This document shows, piece after piece, positions 49,275 through 59,018 of a stretch of DNA of 64,000 bases. This DNA is from a candidate division FCPU426 bacterium. Its GTDB lineage: Bacteria; Oederibacteriota; Muellerivitia; Muellerivitales; Muellerivitaceae. The stretch is taken from contig CAWCKJ010000008.1 in NCBI GenBank assembly GCA_963796105.1, forward strand, positions 32,001 to 96,000, given 5' to 3'. How positions within the stretch are numbered: position 1 is the stretch's first letter; every line of letters starts with the position of its first letter. Position numbers and translations under genes: made by a program. The notes beneath the pieces were generated by a model, which was not told where the DNA came from, made no database searches, and saw only the letters and a list, made by a program, of their open reading frames with translations.

Positions 49275-49514
49275 ATGTTTTACGACCCATCCGGCATTGA
49301 ATCCAGGATGGCCTCGAATGTGGAATTCCGGAAGGAGTGCAGGAAGGCGGGCCTTTGGACCGCGGCAGACCTGCAGAAGCTCATGGTTTTCAATGACATC
49401 GAGGGGAAGCACATGGCGGAAAAGGAAACCGCGCCCTTGAATACCGACGACCTGCCGGTGATCGAGTACCGTTTCCGCGAGTTCAACCACGATGTGTTTT
49501 TAAGCAAACTTTGA
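49275..49514 (+). pseudogene. C-terminal fragment of another spermidine-synthase-like gene
   Basis: APLNTDDLPVIEY resembles LTDDTPFNEY of the two full copies. Confidence 0.5.
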
Positions 49515-49524
49515 GGTTCTAAGA

Positions 49525-50697
49525 GTGAAAGAAACAAAGCACCTTCATAGTTTTTGGCTCATTTCGCTTTTGGTTCCGCCGGTCCTGCTGGCGGCGTACG
49601 GATGCGGAACGGTTCAGCGGAAAACCGAAGCGCCAGCGCCGCTTCCCACGCCCCCAACCGTGACCTTTTCATTCGTGGGGGACGTGCTCCTGGATCATTG
49701 GCCGATCTCGAGAATTTATGAGGGTCTCCGGGAGAAAAACGGATGGGAGGGGGTTTATTCCTATCCCTTCGCGAAGGTCAAACCTTGTTTTGAGGGGATC
49801 GTGTTTTGCAACCTCGAGGGGCCCTTGACGGACCGGGGACCCAGGAGGTTCGCGGACAAGAACGAAAAGTCCTATTTCTCGGTGGATTCCCGTTTCGCCG
49901 AAAGCCTGAAAAAAGGGGGCGTCAACGTCGTGTCGCTTTCCAACAACCACATCAAGGACTGCGGGGAGGAAGGTGTCCTGGACAGTATCCGCAACGTGAC
50001 CGCCGCTGGAATCGCGCCGGTGGGGGCTGGAGCCAACGCCAAGGAAGCCCGCAAACCGGTCATGCTGGAACAAAACGGGTTGAAAATAGCCTTTCTCTCC
50101 TACGATCTAGTCAAACCCAAAAGCGTATGGGCCGGTGGGAAAACCCCCGGCGCGGCCCACGCGGACGCGGCGGGGGTGGCGTCCGATGTCGCGGCAGCCC
50201 GCAAAACCGCCGACCTTGTCGTGGTGAATTTCCATTGGGGGATCGAGTACCGGTCCGACTGGATCGCGGCTCCCCCCAGCGAGGACCGCGTCAAGATAGC
50301 CCACGCCGCCATTGACGCTGGGGCGCAGATCGTGGTGGGGGAGCATTCCCATACCGTTGAGAAAATCGAGACCTACAAGCACGGCTTGATCGCCTATGGG
50401 TTGGGGAACTTCGTTTTCGCGGCGGCCACGCGCGAGGGCCACCCGGTAAGCATGATCCTGAAGGTGCGGGCTGGCACCAAGGGCGTGGTTTCCTGCCAGG
50501 CGGTTCCAGTCCTGATTTCACCGCGTAAAACCCGCTACCAGCCTGTCCCGCTGGAGGGGAAAGATCTGGAGGAATTCGCCGGAAAACTGGGAATGATTTC
50601 CGGGATCAAAACCACCGTCAAGACAAACCTTCAACAACAAGATTCGGCCGCATCCACTCAAACGCCCTCGGCTTTCTTGGAAAAAAATCCGGAATAA
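49525..50697 (+). CDS. CapA (PGA_cap) metallophosphoesterase-fold protein, probable lipoprotein
   Basis: VGDVLL, NLEGP, LSNNH, HWGIEY, HSH, YGLGNFVF. Confidence 0.88.
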   Translation: MKETKHLHSFWLISLLVPPVLLAAYGCGTVQRKTEAPAPLPTPPTVTFSFVGDVLLDHWPISRIYEGLREKNGWEGVYSYPFAKVKPCFEGIVFCNLEGPLTDRGPRRFADKNEKSYFSVDSRFAESLKKGGVNVVSLSNNHIKDCGEEGVLDSIRNVTAAGIAPVGAGANAKEARKPVMLEQNGLKIAFLSYDLVKPKSVWAGGKTPGAAHADAAGVASDVAAARKTADLVVVNFHWGIEYRSDWIAAPPSEDRVKIAHAAIDAGAQIVVGEHSHTVEKIETYKHGLIAYGLGNFVFAAATREGHPVSMILKVRAGTKGVVSCQAVPVLISPRKTRYQPVPLEGKDLEEFAGKLGMISGIKTTVKTNLQQQDSAASTQTPSAFLEKNPE

Positions 50698-50729
50698 TAA
50701 ATCTTACTAGCCTATCGATTACTAATTAG

Positions 50730-51866
50730 TCATCTTGGCGGAAAATAAAAATCCAGTATTTTTTCCCAGCTCCAGCCCATTTGGGCCAGCTTCAAGGCTC
50801 CGGATTGGCAAAGCCCGACGCCGTGGCCTAGACCCCTGCCGGAAAAATGGAAGGTATCGCCTTCGCGTTTGATCTCGAATAAATCGCTTGGGAAGACCCG
50901 CCAGCCGTATTGCTTGCCGAACTCGGATTCGAAATGGACGGCGTTTTCCCGGATTTCCTTGATCTCCCCATCCGGCAATTGGAATCGCGCCGAAAGAATC
51001 TTGTTGCGGCCATGATTGGTTTTTTCCCCAACCCTGAGGATTCTCAGGATGGCTCCGGAGGGGAGCCGCGCCATGCTTCTCAGGATTGTCTCGACGTTTT
51101 TCACATCCGTGGAGGATGTCCAATGGAACAAGGGGTCGTCCTGGCAGAGAATCCTTCCTTCCCACTCGTCCGGTTCAGTCCGGCTGGGGGAGGGTTCTCC
51201 TCCCCAGAGTTGATCGGACGACTCCAATACCCCGCCACAGCAGCGATGGAAATAAATGGATTTTAAATCCCATGCCGGTGGAAAACTGAATGACGCGCCC
51301 GCGTCCGCCATTCGCTTCCAAAAGCTGAAATGGTTTGGGAGTCCTTGGTAAACCTGGCAATGGGAAAGGTCGCAGAGATCGTAGGAGTCATGGCGGCGAC
51401 GGTGGGAAGAGGCGTAAGCGCGGATAATGACGGCCAGGGCCTTCAGGTATTCCGGCTGGGAAGAGTCGAAACCGGACTCGAATGCCGTGACGCATGCCGT
51501 GTAATCCCCGATGAAGACCTGGTTCAAGATGAGAAGTTCCGGGCCTTTTTCCCCGGCTTGGGCGGTGATGAGGATCGTTCCGGGATAACTCCTGGTCAGG
51601 TTAAAAGCCCTTATTTTAACGATGGAATCCGGCGATCCCCAGGAAGCCTCCTTTTGGGCTTTGCTGTTGACCGACAAATGACCCCGTGTTAATTTGATTT
51701 GGTTCCAAGTTCCCTTATCCTCGGGGGACTGCACTTCCAGTTCTTGAAGTTTTTGTTTTTCAAGGATACGCACCAATAGAAAGCCATTTTCTCCCTGGCC
51801 GGAATAAGCCGGAAAAGCCAGGAAAAGAAGAACGACGACTCCGCTGAAGAACCATTTTTGACTCAT
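50730..51866 (-). CDS. SpoIID/LytB-domain protein
   Basis: EYLKALAVIIRAY, LCDLSHCQVY, FHRCCGG, GRGLGHGVGLCQSGA, ILDFYFP. Confidence 0.88.
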   Translation of the reverse strand: MSQKWFFSGVVVLLFLAFPAYSGQGENGFLLVRILEKQKLQELEVQSPEDKGTWNQIKLTRGHLSVNSKAQKEASWGSPDSIVKIRAFNLTRSYPGTILITAQAGEKGPELLILNQVFIGDYTACVTAFESGFDSSQPEYLKALAVIIRAYASSHRRRHDSYDLCDLSHCQVYQGLPNHFSFWKRMADAGASFSFPPAWDLKSIYFHRCCGGVLESSDQLWGGEPSPSRTEPDEWEGRILCQDDPLFHWTSSTDVKNVETILRSMARLPSGAILRILRVGEKTNHGRNKILSARFQLPDGEIKEIRENAVHFESEFGKQYGWRVFPSDLFEIKREGDTFHFSGRGLGHGVGLCQSGALKLAQMGWSWEKILDFYFPPR

Positions 51867-51910
51867 TTCGCCATTATATAAGCCGGTTTGTCCGTTCCGC
51901 GAGGTGCTTT

Positions 51911-54900
51911 ATGGCTTCCAAGAAAATATTAAACGCCTGGGTTGGAATCACCGTTTTTTTGGTCCTCGCCGCCGGTCTCCCCAACTGGATGAACCATCCC
52001 AATCTTGTCCTTTTTCTCCAGAATAAAAATATCTGGTTGTTCCTGCCGATGTTCCTGACGGTGGGCCTCTTGCGCAGGTTTTACCTTCAATATTCTTTCC
52101 GTCTCGTGGAGGGATTTTTCTTCGCTGTCGTCCTTTCCTTCCTGACCCCGAAGTTTTTCGACAAGGTTCCAGCCAGTAATTCTCACTTGAAGATCGTCTG
52201 GTTGACAGCCCTGGCCTTGTTGGCTTATTCCACCATTCTTCTCGGATGGGAAATGGTTCGGGATGACCTGAAAAAATTCCCGTCGCTCGAAAAATTCCAC
52301 TCCAACGTTCTTCCGCCGGTATTCGCGGCCGCGGCCCTGGCGGTTTGCCCCATGGGACTTCCCCCCGTTTATTGGATTCCCCTCATTTTCTGGGGCGTCA
52401 CTCCCGTTCTGCGTCGGTTCTTATTGCGCCGGGACCCGGAAATCCTCAAGGCTTTTGTCCTGTATTACCTCACGGATTGGATCTACCGCAATTGGCCAGA
52501 GATACCAGTTCTTGAGACGGTCAACGGCGTCCAGCGGTTCTATAAAGGATGGGGTCCTGTGGTTCTCCTGCACCACTTCCTTCTTTCGGCCATGGTTTTT
52601 CTCTTGTGGGAGAAGCTGAAGGAAGCCAAGACCAACCGTGGAAGGATATACCTTTTGCTGTTCGCCCTGGTGCCGATGATCCCATACGATTACTTTTTTC
52701 ACGCAGATTACGGATGGCCCCTCCAGATCCTGGCTTTGGGGCTGTTGTGGGGATGGAATCCCTGGCTGAAGCCCCACGGGAAGGAAGTTTTCCTGGGTCT
52801 GGGAACCCTTGCCGGTTTTCTTTACATCCAAAGCCAGACCGGATCATTGATCATTCCCATGGTCATCCTGGTCTTGACCGCTTTAACGGCGCAAGTCCGT
52901 TCCCAATACCTGAAATTGCCCCAAGCCTTCATCCGCGCTCTCGTCCTCTACACCCTGGGCGGGTTGACGTTCCTCATGAACCCTTTTTATTCCCCGTATT
53001 TTTTCGCGAGAAACAATTGGCTCCTGGCGCTGCACCTTATCCTTTCCGGCCTGTTCCTGGTGTTCTGGGAAAAGACGCGGGAACAGAAGCACCGCAACCT
53101 CCGGGCTTGGATATGGATCTACGCCCTTCTCCCCATCCCATTCGCCCTTCTCAAGAAAAACCCGGCCTGGGCCCTTCAGGTTTTGATCATTTACCTGACG
53201 CGTCTCTATGAGGCTTACGGCATATCGGAAAAACTCGCGAATGGGGGGATGCCGAACCTGGACTGGCGGGCCAAGTGGAAAATCCTGCGTCAAAGCCCCC
53301 ATTTCCAGAAGACCGCCCGCTTCCTGAAACAGAAGGGAGTCAAGGGCGGGGAGGGCCTGGTGAAAATGGCCAAAAAACCCATGGCCCGGAGGACCGTGCT
53401 GGTCTTGGGCGGGTTGCTGGGGGTCTGGCTGATTTACCTTTTCGTTTACAACACATTCACCACCCACATCATCAGCTTCACTCCCAGGGGACTTGTCACT
53501 TCCGTCAATACGGTCATCCGGGTGAAATTCTCCGGCGACGTCCAGGTCACCAGCGCCTTGGACTCCGCCTTCCAGATCGATCCCCCCCTGCCGGGAACCA
53601 CCAGGCTGGAGGATTCCACCACCCTGGTTTTCACCCCCGCCGCCCCCCTGAAGCCCGCCACTACCTACCAGGTGCGCTTGAACGTCTCGGATAAACTTTC
53701 CTCGAAACAGTTTTTCCTCGAAAAACACGCCAATACGACCTTCTCAACCGAAGCCATGAAGGTAGTCTCCAGCAGGCTTTTCTATACCTACGACCTCGTC
53801 AAGGGGACGGAAAAGGAGCTGGTGGGCGAGATTGAGTTCAACTATCCAGTGGACATGAACCTGCTCAAGCAAAGCCTCGCGGTCTCTCGCGCGGGAAGCT
53901 CCTTGAACTATGAGCTGGAGCAGGGAACCCTCCCCACGAGGTTTTTCTTCAAGGCGGGGGGGCTGGTGCGGGAAACCGAGCCACAGGTCCTGACCGTGAC
54001 CGTGGCGGCCGGGCTTTCCTGCGTGGATTGCGGCAAACCCCTGGCCGAGAAGTACCAAAACACCATCAGTCTTCCCGCCAAGCCCAAGATGCTGGTGGAC
54101 GCCATCAAACTGCACCATGTGCCGGGAAACACCCTAATCTCCATCCTCTTCACGCTCCCGGCCTCCTCCGGCCAGGTGCGCAACAACGTGAGCATCGCCC
54201 CAGCGATCCCCTTCAAGGTGGACACGGAATACTGCTACGCGGTCTTGAAGGCGGATTTCCAGCCCAACATCGACTACACCATCCACGTGAATGCGGGGCT
54301 TCGCGCCATCTCCGGGGAAATCCTGGAGCATCCCAGCGACCAGAACATCCGGCTGGAGGACATCCAGCCTTACGTGCGTTTCGGCGACAACGGCCGGTTG
54401 ATCCCCCTGGAGGGAGGCAAGATCGTCTCGGTCAAGACCATGAACCTGGACAACTATTCGGTCAGTGTGGAGAAGGTGTTCCGCAACAACATCGTGGATT
54501 TCCTGAAAAACTGGCGGAGCTATCCGAATTATTCCTACCGCCATTCCTATCGCCGCATGGCCCAACGCCGCGCTTTTTTCCAGCGGCGGCAGCAGCAGGA
54601 TGAGGACGAGGATGAGGAAGGGGACGAGCCGGAAGAGAACAACTACCAGTCCGACTCCGGCTCAACCGCAGGGTTGGGCGCCCATGTCTGGGGCGGGAGC
54701 GTGAGGGTGAACGGGGGGCAGATCAACCAGGAAACCGAAACGGACTTGGATTTCAGCCAGTGGCACAGCCAGCCCTATAAGGGTCTTTTTGTGGTCTCCC
54801 TGAACGGGGCCAACGGCGGAGGGAGGGACTCCCGGTCCTTCCTTTGCACCGACCTGGGCATGATGCTGAAGCACTCGGGGGACGACCTTTTGGTTCAGGT

Positions 54901-57900
54901 GCTTTCCATCTCCAGGCTCACCCCGGCGGCCGGGGTGAAGTTACAGCTGATCTCTGACACCAACCAGGTTATCCAGGAGAAGGAAACGGACCTGGAGGGG
55001 AGGGTCTGGTTCAAGGATTGGAAGAACAATCCCTACCGTTTTAATCCCTTTGTGGTCGTGGCCCAGATGGGGGACGACTGGTCCTTCCTGCGCCTGGACC
55101 AGGCGCCCGTGAACCAGTCCCGGTTCGACGTGAGCGGGGATCCCTTCCAGTCCACGGGATGGGATGCCTTCCTGACTTCCGACCGGGGCCTTTACCGGCC
55201 CGGGGACAAGGCCAATTTCACGGCGGTGGTGAGGCGCGCGGACCTGGATATCCCCGAGGACCTTCCAGTGAACCTCGTCCTCAAGGATGAAAACGGGAAC
55301 CAGGTGGCCAAACTCACGGCCAAACTCAAGGATTACGGCATGGCGACTTTCAATTTCCCCATCAAGGAGGACATCACCACCGGCATGCTGAACGCCGAGC
55401 TGGGCCTGGAGAACGGGGTCCACCTGGCGAGCACCTCCATCAAGGTGGAGGAATTCATCCCCAACAAGATCAAGGTCGAGGTGCGTCCCGCCAAGAAAAC
55501 CGCCAATCCCGGGGAACAGCTCTCCTTCCGGGTAGCGGCGCGCCAGCTTTTCGGGGCGCCGGGAGTGAACCTGAAGGTTCGAACCGCCGTCCAATTGAGC
55601 CCCGTGGAATTCATCGACAAGAAGTGGAAAAGCTACCATTTCTCCGACCCCACCCGCCAGTTCACGGGGGAGAGCCTGAAGGTCCCGGACGGCTCGACCG
55701 ACGCGGCGGGCAACTTTGACGTGCAATTACCCGTGCCCATCTCCATGCTTCCGCCCTCCATGCTCCAAGCGGAGGTCTACGCCGAGGTCATGGACACGGG
55801 CGGAAGGCCTGTCGGGGCCAACGCCTCCATCCGGGTCCACCGCTATCCCTATTACCTGGGCCTCAAATGCGAGGAGGGAAAGGAAGTCGCGCCCAATAAA
55901 GAGGTCCACATCAAGTACGTGGCCATCACCCCCGACGGCGACCCGACCAAGGTGGAGAAAGCCGTCCTGCTCGTCAAGCGCAAGGTCTGGTATTCCATTT
56001 TCAGGCGTAGCGGATGGTCCGGACGGGGGTACGAGTCGGCTTATTACGAGCAGGTGGTGGACGGCAAGGAAATCGACGTGAACGGGAAAGGCTCCTACAA
56101 TTTCACGCCGGACAAGCCGGGCGAATACACCATCTACCTGGGCAACGAGGAGTCCATGCGCAGCTCCATCATGGTGGCGGTTTCCGGCCCGGAGGAAAAA
56201 GAGGAGAGCCAGCAGGAATCCGCCGACTTGGGCGAGCCGGACAAACTGTCCCTCAACTTCGACAAGACCCAGTACCAGGCGGGCGAGATCCCCAAATTGG
56301 AAGTGCGCGCGCCTTTCGCCGGGAGGCTGATCCTTTCCATCGAGCGGGAAAGGGTCTTTTACACCTCCACGGTGCCGGTCGCGGCGGGCCTTAACGTGCT
56401 GAGCCTGCCCCCGGTCGAGACCGCCTATATGCCCAACGCCTACGTGGTCGGCCTTCTAGTTCGCAAACCCACGGAGGAACTAAGGACCATGCCGATGGCC
56501 TCCTTCGGGATCGCGACCCTGGCGATGGACACCTCCAGCCATGAGATCGACTTCAAGTGGGAAGCCCCTGAGTCCGTGAAGTCCAGGGATGGAATCGATG
56601 TGGACCTGTCCACCGGCACGCCGGGGGCCAGCGTGGTCCTGGCCGCCGTGGACGAGGGAATCCTCCAGATCATCGCCTTCACCACGCCGGACCCCTTCAA
56701 GTATTTCTACCGCAAGCGGGGACTGACGACCTCCACCTTGAGCCTGTTTGATGAAATCCTTCCCGACCTGGACAGAAAGGACGCGGTGGGAGGGGACGAG
56801 GGAGAATCCTTCCAATTCCGGCACTTGAACCCAATCGAGGCCAAAAGGGTGGAGTCCTACGCGAAATTCTCGGGAATCCTCACGGCCGACAAAGAAGGAA
56901 AGGTCGCCTACCACTTCCCGACGGACAAGTTCCACGGGGAAGTAAGGGTCATGGCCCTGGGAGTCCAGGGGAATAAATTCGGCGCCTCCGCCTTCCACGT
57001 GAAGGTGGCTGACCCGGTGGTGGTGGAGCCCTCCTTGCCCAGGTTCCTCGCTCCGGGGGACCATATTGACGTGCCGGTCCTAGTCTATAACAACATGAAG
57101 AAGGCCCAGAAGATCAAGGTGAGCCTCTCCGCCAGCGGCCCGGTCGCAGTCGCCGGGGAGAAAGAACAGGATTTAAGCCTGGGCGAGGAGGGGCAGAAAC
57201 AGATCCTGTTCCACGCCAAGGCCCAAATGGACGCGGGCGTGGCCCATTTCAAGGTGACCGCCACAGATGAGGATGGGAACAATTTCGACGTGGAAACCGA
57301 GCTGGCTGTGAGGCCTGGCAACCCCTTGACGACCCAAATCAGCTTCGGCCGGCTGGGGGCAGGGGGCACCCAGCCCCTGTCGGTGCCAGGGGGTTTCATC
57401 AGCCAGGGACAGAAGGTCCGAATGACGGTTTCGTCCAGCCCCTTGCTGACCTTCCTGGGAAGCATGGATTACCTCATTCACTATCCCTACGGCTGCGCCG
57501 AGCAGAGGACCTCCCAGGCCTTCCCCCTGCTTTTCTTCAAGGATATGGGACTTTTGACCGGGCGCTTCAGCGGGAGGGCCAACGCGGTGGAAATATACGT
57601 GCAGGACGCCATCGACGACCTGGGCAAGATGCAGCTGTCCGACGGGGACTTCGCGCTCTGGCCAGGCCAGGAGGAAGCCGGCGGGGATTACCTTTCCAAT
57701 TACGTCTCGGAATTCCTGCTCACGGCGAAGAAGCTGGGCTACCAGGTCAACCAGGATGTCCTGGACAGGATCATGAACCGGCTGGGGGCCATCAAGGTCA
57801 CAGGCAAGGGCGAGGGACGGCTGGACCGGCGCAAGCAAAACGTGGAGATCGCGGACAGCGCCTACGTGCTTTACCTGAAGGTCCTGGCAGACCGGCCGGA

Positions 57901-58897
57901 CCCGGAATCCATGGCCGCCATGAAGGACCAGATGCAGGACCCGAAAGCACGCAGTTTGAGCGACCGCTGTTACCTCTCCCGGGCCTATTCCGCCCAGGGG
58001 GACCGCACGACCGCCCTATCCCTGCTTCCCGCGCATTACCTTCCCACCAGTTTGGCCCGGCTGATGAACGGGGATTGGTTCTCGCCCAACCGGGAAATGG
58101 CGCTTTACCTATTGGCCATGACCGAGGCGGACCCCCAGAACCCCGAGATCCCGAAACTCATCATCGAGTTCGGCAAGAAGCTGAAGGAATTCGGCCACGG
58201 CTGGTACGGCACGACCCAGGAGGACGCTTTCTGCTTCATGGCCATCGGTAAGGCGGTCAGGGCTACCACCCAGAGCTACCCCTTGAGCGCGCAATGGGCC
58301 GTGAAGGGGGAGGCCCCCGCCGAATTGACCGGGGAGACGGCGGTGGTGAAGGATGAAAAAATCTCGGGTAAGGAGGTGGACCTGAGGAATACCGGCGACC
58401 GGGACCTTTATTACCACCTCATGGCTGAGGGAACCAAGTTGAAATCGGAGAAGGAATCGGTGGCGAACGGCCTGACCGTCAGCCGCGAGTACCGGGACGA
58501 GAGCGGAAATACCCTGAACCTGGGTTCGATCTCCCAGGGACAATTGGTGGTGGTGACCCTGCGCGTGAAGTGCTCCAGGCCCCTGGACAACCTGGTGGTG
58601 GTGGACCTATTGCCGGCGGGGTTCGAGGTGGATAATCCGCGGCTTTCCTCGCGGGGCAACCTTTCTTTCGAACCGGAATGCAGTTTCGCGCCGGTCTTCC
58701 AGGATTTCAGGGACGACCGGGTGCTCCTCTTCTCGAAGGACGTGGAGGGGGACCAGAGTTTCTCCTATAGCGTCAGGGCGGTCACGCCCGGTTCCTTCCA
58801 GGTTCCCGGACTGGAGGCCGAGGCCATGTACGACCCCGAAGTCTACGGGCGCTCCAACGAGGGCCAAACGCTGAATATCGCCCCGGCAAAGTATTAA
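51911..58897 (+). CDS. Bacterial alpha-2-macroglobulin with polytopic membrane N-terminal extension
   Basis: DRGLYRPGD, VEEFIP, AAVDEGIL, LPRFLAPGD, thioester motif YPYGCAEQ, DLLPAGFE, DFRDDR, RAVTPG, EAMYDP. Confidence 0.93.
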   Translation: MASKKILNAWVGITVFLVLAAGLPNWMNHPNLVLFLQNKNIWLFLPMFLTVGLLRRFYLQYSFRLVEGFFFAVVLSFLTPKFFDKVPASNSHLKIVWLTALALLAYSTILLGWEMVRDDLKKFPSLEKFHSNVLPPVFAAAALAVCPMGLPPVYWIPLIFWGVTPVLRRFLLRRDPEILKAFVLYYLTDWIYRNWPEIPVLETVNGVQRFYKGWGPVVLLHHFLLSAMVFLLWEKLKEAKTNRGRIYLLLFALVPMIPYDYFFHADYGWPLQILALGLLWGWNPWLKPHGKEVFLGLGTLAGFLYIQSQTGSLIIPMVILVLTALTAQVRSQYLKLPQAFIRALVLYTLGGLTFLMNPFYSPYFFARNNWLLALHLILSGLFLVFWEKTREQKHRNLRAWIWIYALLPIPFALLKKNPAWALQVLIIYLTRLYEAYGISEKLANGGMPNLDWRAKWKILRQSPHFQKTARFLKQKGVKGGEGLVKMAKKPMARRTVLVLGGLLGVWLIYLFVYNTFTTHIISFTPRGLVTSVNTVIRVKFSGDVQVTSALDSAFQIDPPLPGTTRLEDSTTLVFTPAAPLKPATTYQVRLNVSDKLSSKQFFLEKHANTTFSTEAMKVVSSRLFYTYDLVKGTEKELVGEIEFNYPVDMNLLKQSLAVSRAGSSLNYELEQGTLPTRFFFKAGGLVRETEPQVLTVTVAAGLSCVDCGKPLAEKYQNTISLPAKPKMLVDAIKLHHVPGNTLISILFTLPASSGQVRNNVSIAPAIPFKVDTEYCYAVLKADFQPNIDYTIHVNAGLRAISGEILEHPSDQNIRLEDIQPYVRFGDNGRLIPLEGGKIVSVKTMNLDNYSVSVEKVFRNNIVDFLKNWRSYPNYSYRHSYRRMAQRRAFFQRRQQQDEDEDEEGDEPEENNYQSDSGSTAGLGAHVWGGSVRVNGGQINQETETDLDFSQWHSQPYKGLFVVSLNGANGGGRDSRSFLCTDLGMMLKHSGDDLLVQVLSISRLTPAAGVKLQLISDTNQVIQEKETDLEGRVWFKDWKNNPYRFNPFVVVAQMGDDWSFLRLDQAPVNQSRFDVSGDPFQSTGWDAFLTSDRGLYRPGDKANFTAVVRRADLDIPEDLPVNLVLKDENGNQVAKLTAKLKDYGMATFNFPIKEDITTGMLNAELGLENGVHLASTSIKVEEFIPNKIKVEVRPAKKTANPGEQLSFRVAARQLFGAPGVNLKVRTAVQLSPVEFIDKKWKSYHFSDPTRQFTGESLKVPDGSTDAAGNFDVQLPVPISMLPPSMLQAEVYAEVMDTGGRPVGANASIRVHRYPYYLGLKCEEGKEVAPNKEVHIKYVAITPDGDPTKVEKAVLLVKRKVWYSIFRRSGWSGRGYESAYYEQVVDGKEIDVNGKGSYNFTPDKPGEYTIYLGNEESMRSSIMVAVSGPEEKEESQQESADLGEPDKLSLNFDKTQYQAGEIPKLEVRAPFAGRLILSIERERVFYTSTVPVAAGLNVLSLPPVETAYMPNAYVVGLLVRKPTEELRTMPMASFGIATLAMDTSSHEIDFKWEAPESVKSRDGIDVDLSTGTPGASVVLAAVDEGILQIIAFTTPDPFKYFYRKRGLTTSTLSLFDEILPDLDRKDAVGGDEGESFQFRHLNPIEAKRVESYAKFSGILTADKEGKVAYHFPTDKFHGEVRVMALGVQGNKFGASAFHVKVADPVVVEPSLPRFLAPGDHIDVPVLVYNNMKKAQKIKVSLSASGPVAVAGEKEQDLSLGEEGQKQILFHAKAQMDAGVAHFKVTATDEDGNNFDVETELAVRPGNPLTTQISFGRLGAGGTQPLSVPGGFISQGQKVRMTVSSSPLLTFLGSMDYLIHYPYGCAEQRTSQAFPLLFFKDMGLLTGRFSGRANAVEIYVQDAIDDLGKMQLSDGDFALWPGQEEAGGDYLSNYVSEFLLTAKKLGYQVNQDVLDRIMNRLGAIKVTGKGEGRLDRRKQNVEIADSAYVLYLKVLADRPDPESMAAMKDQMQDPKARSLSDRCYLSRAYSAQGDRTTALSLLPAHYLPTSLARLMNGDWFSPNREMALYLLAMTEADPQNPEIPKLIIEFGKKLKEFGHGWYGTTQEDAFCFMAIGKAVRATTQSYPLSAQWAVKGEAPAELTGETAVVKDEKISGKEVDLRNTGDRDLYYHLMAEGTKLKSEKESVANGLTVSREYRDESGNTLNLGSISQGQLVVVTLRVKCSRPLDNLVVVDLLPAGFEVDNPRLSSRGNLSFEPECSFAPVFQDFRDDRVLLFSKDVEGDQSFSYSVRAVTPGSFQVPGLEAEAMYDPEVYGRSNEGQTLNIAPAKY

Positions 58898-59018
58898 TTC
58901 CGCATCGAAAACTCGAAGTGGAATGCGATTAACGAATAAATTGCGATTCCTTTGGAAAACCCTATGGGGTAAATCCCCGACTAAAAAAAGATAGCCTGCC
59001 CCTGGAAAAAACGCTGTA

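Noticed and set aside
58898..58955. Short GCGATT-like repeats between the macroglobulin gene and pbpC
   Set aside because: Too short and degenerate to support a call.
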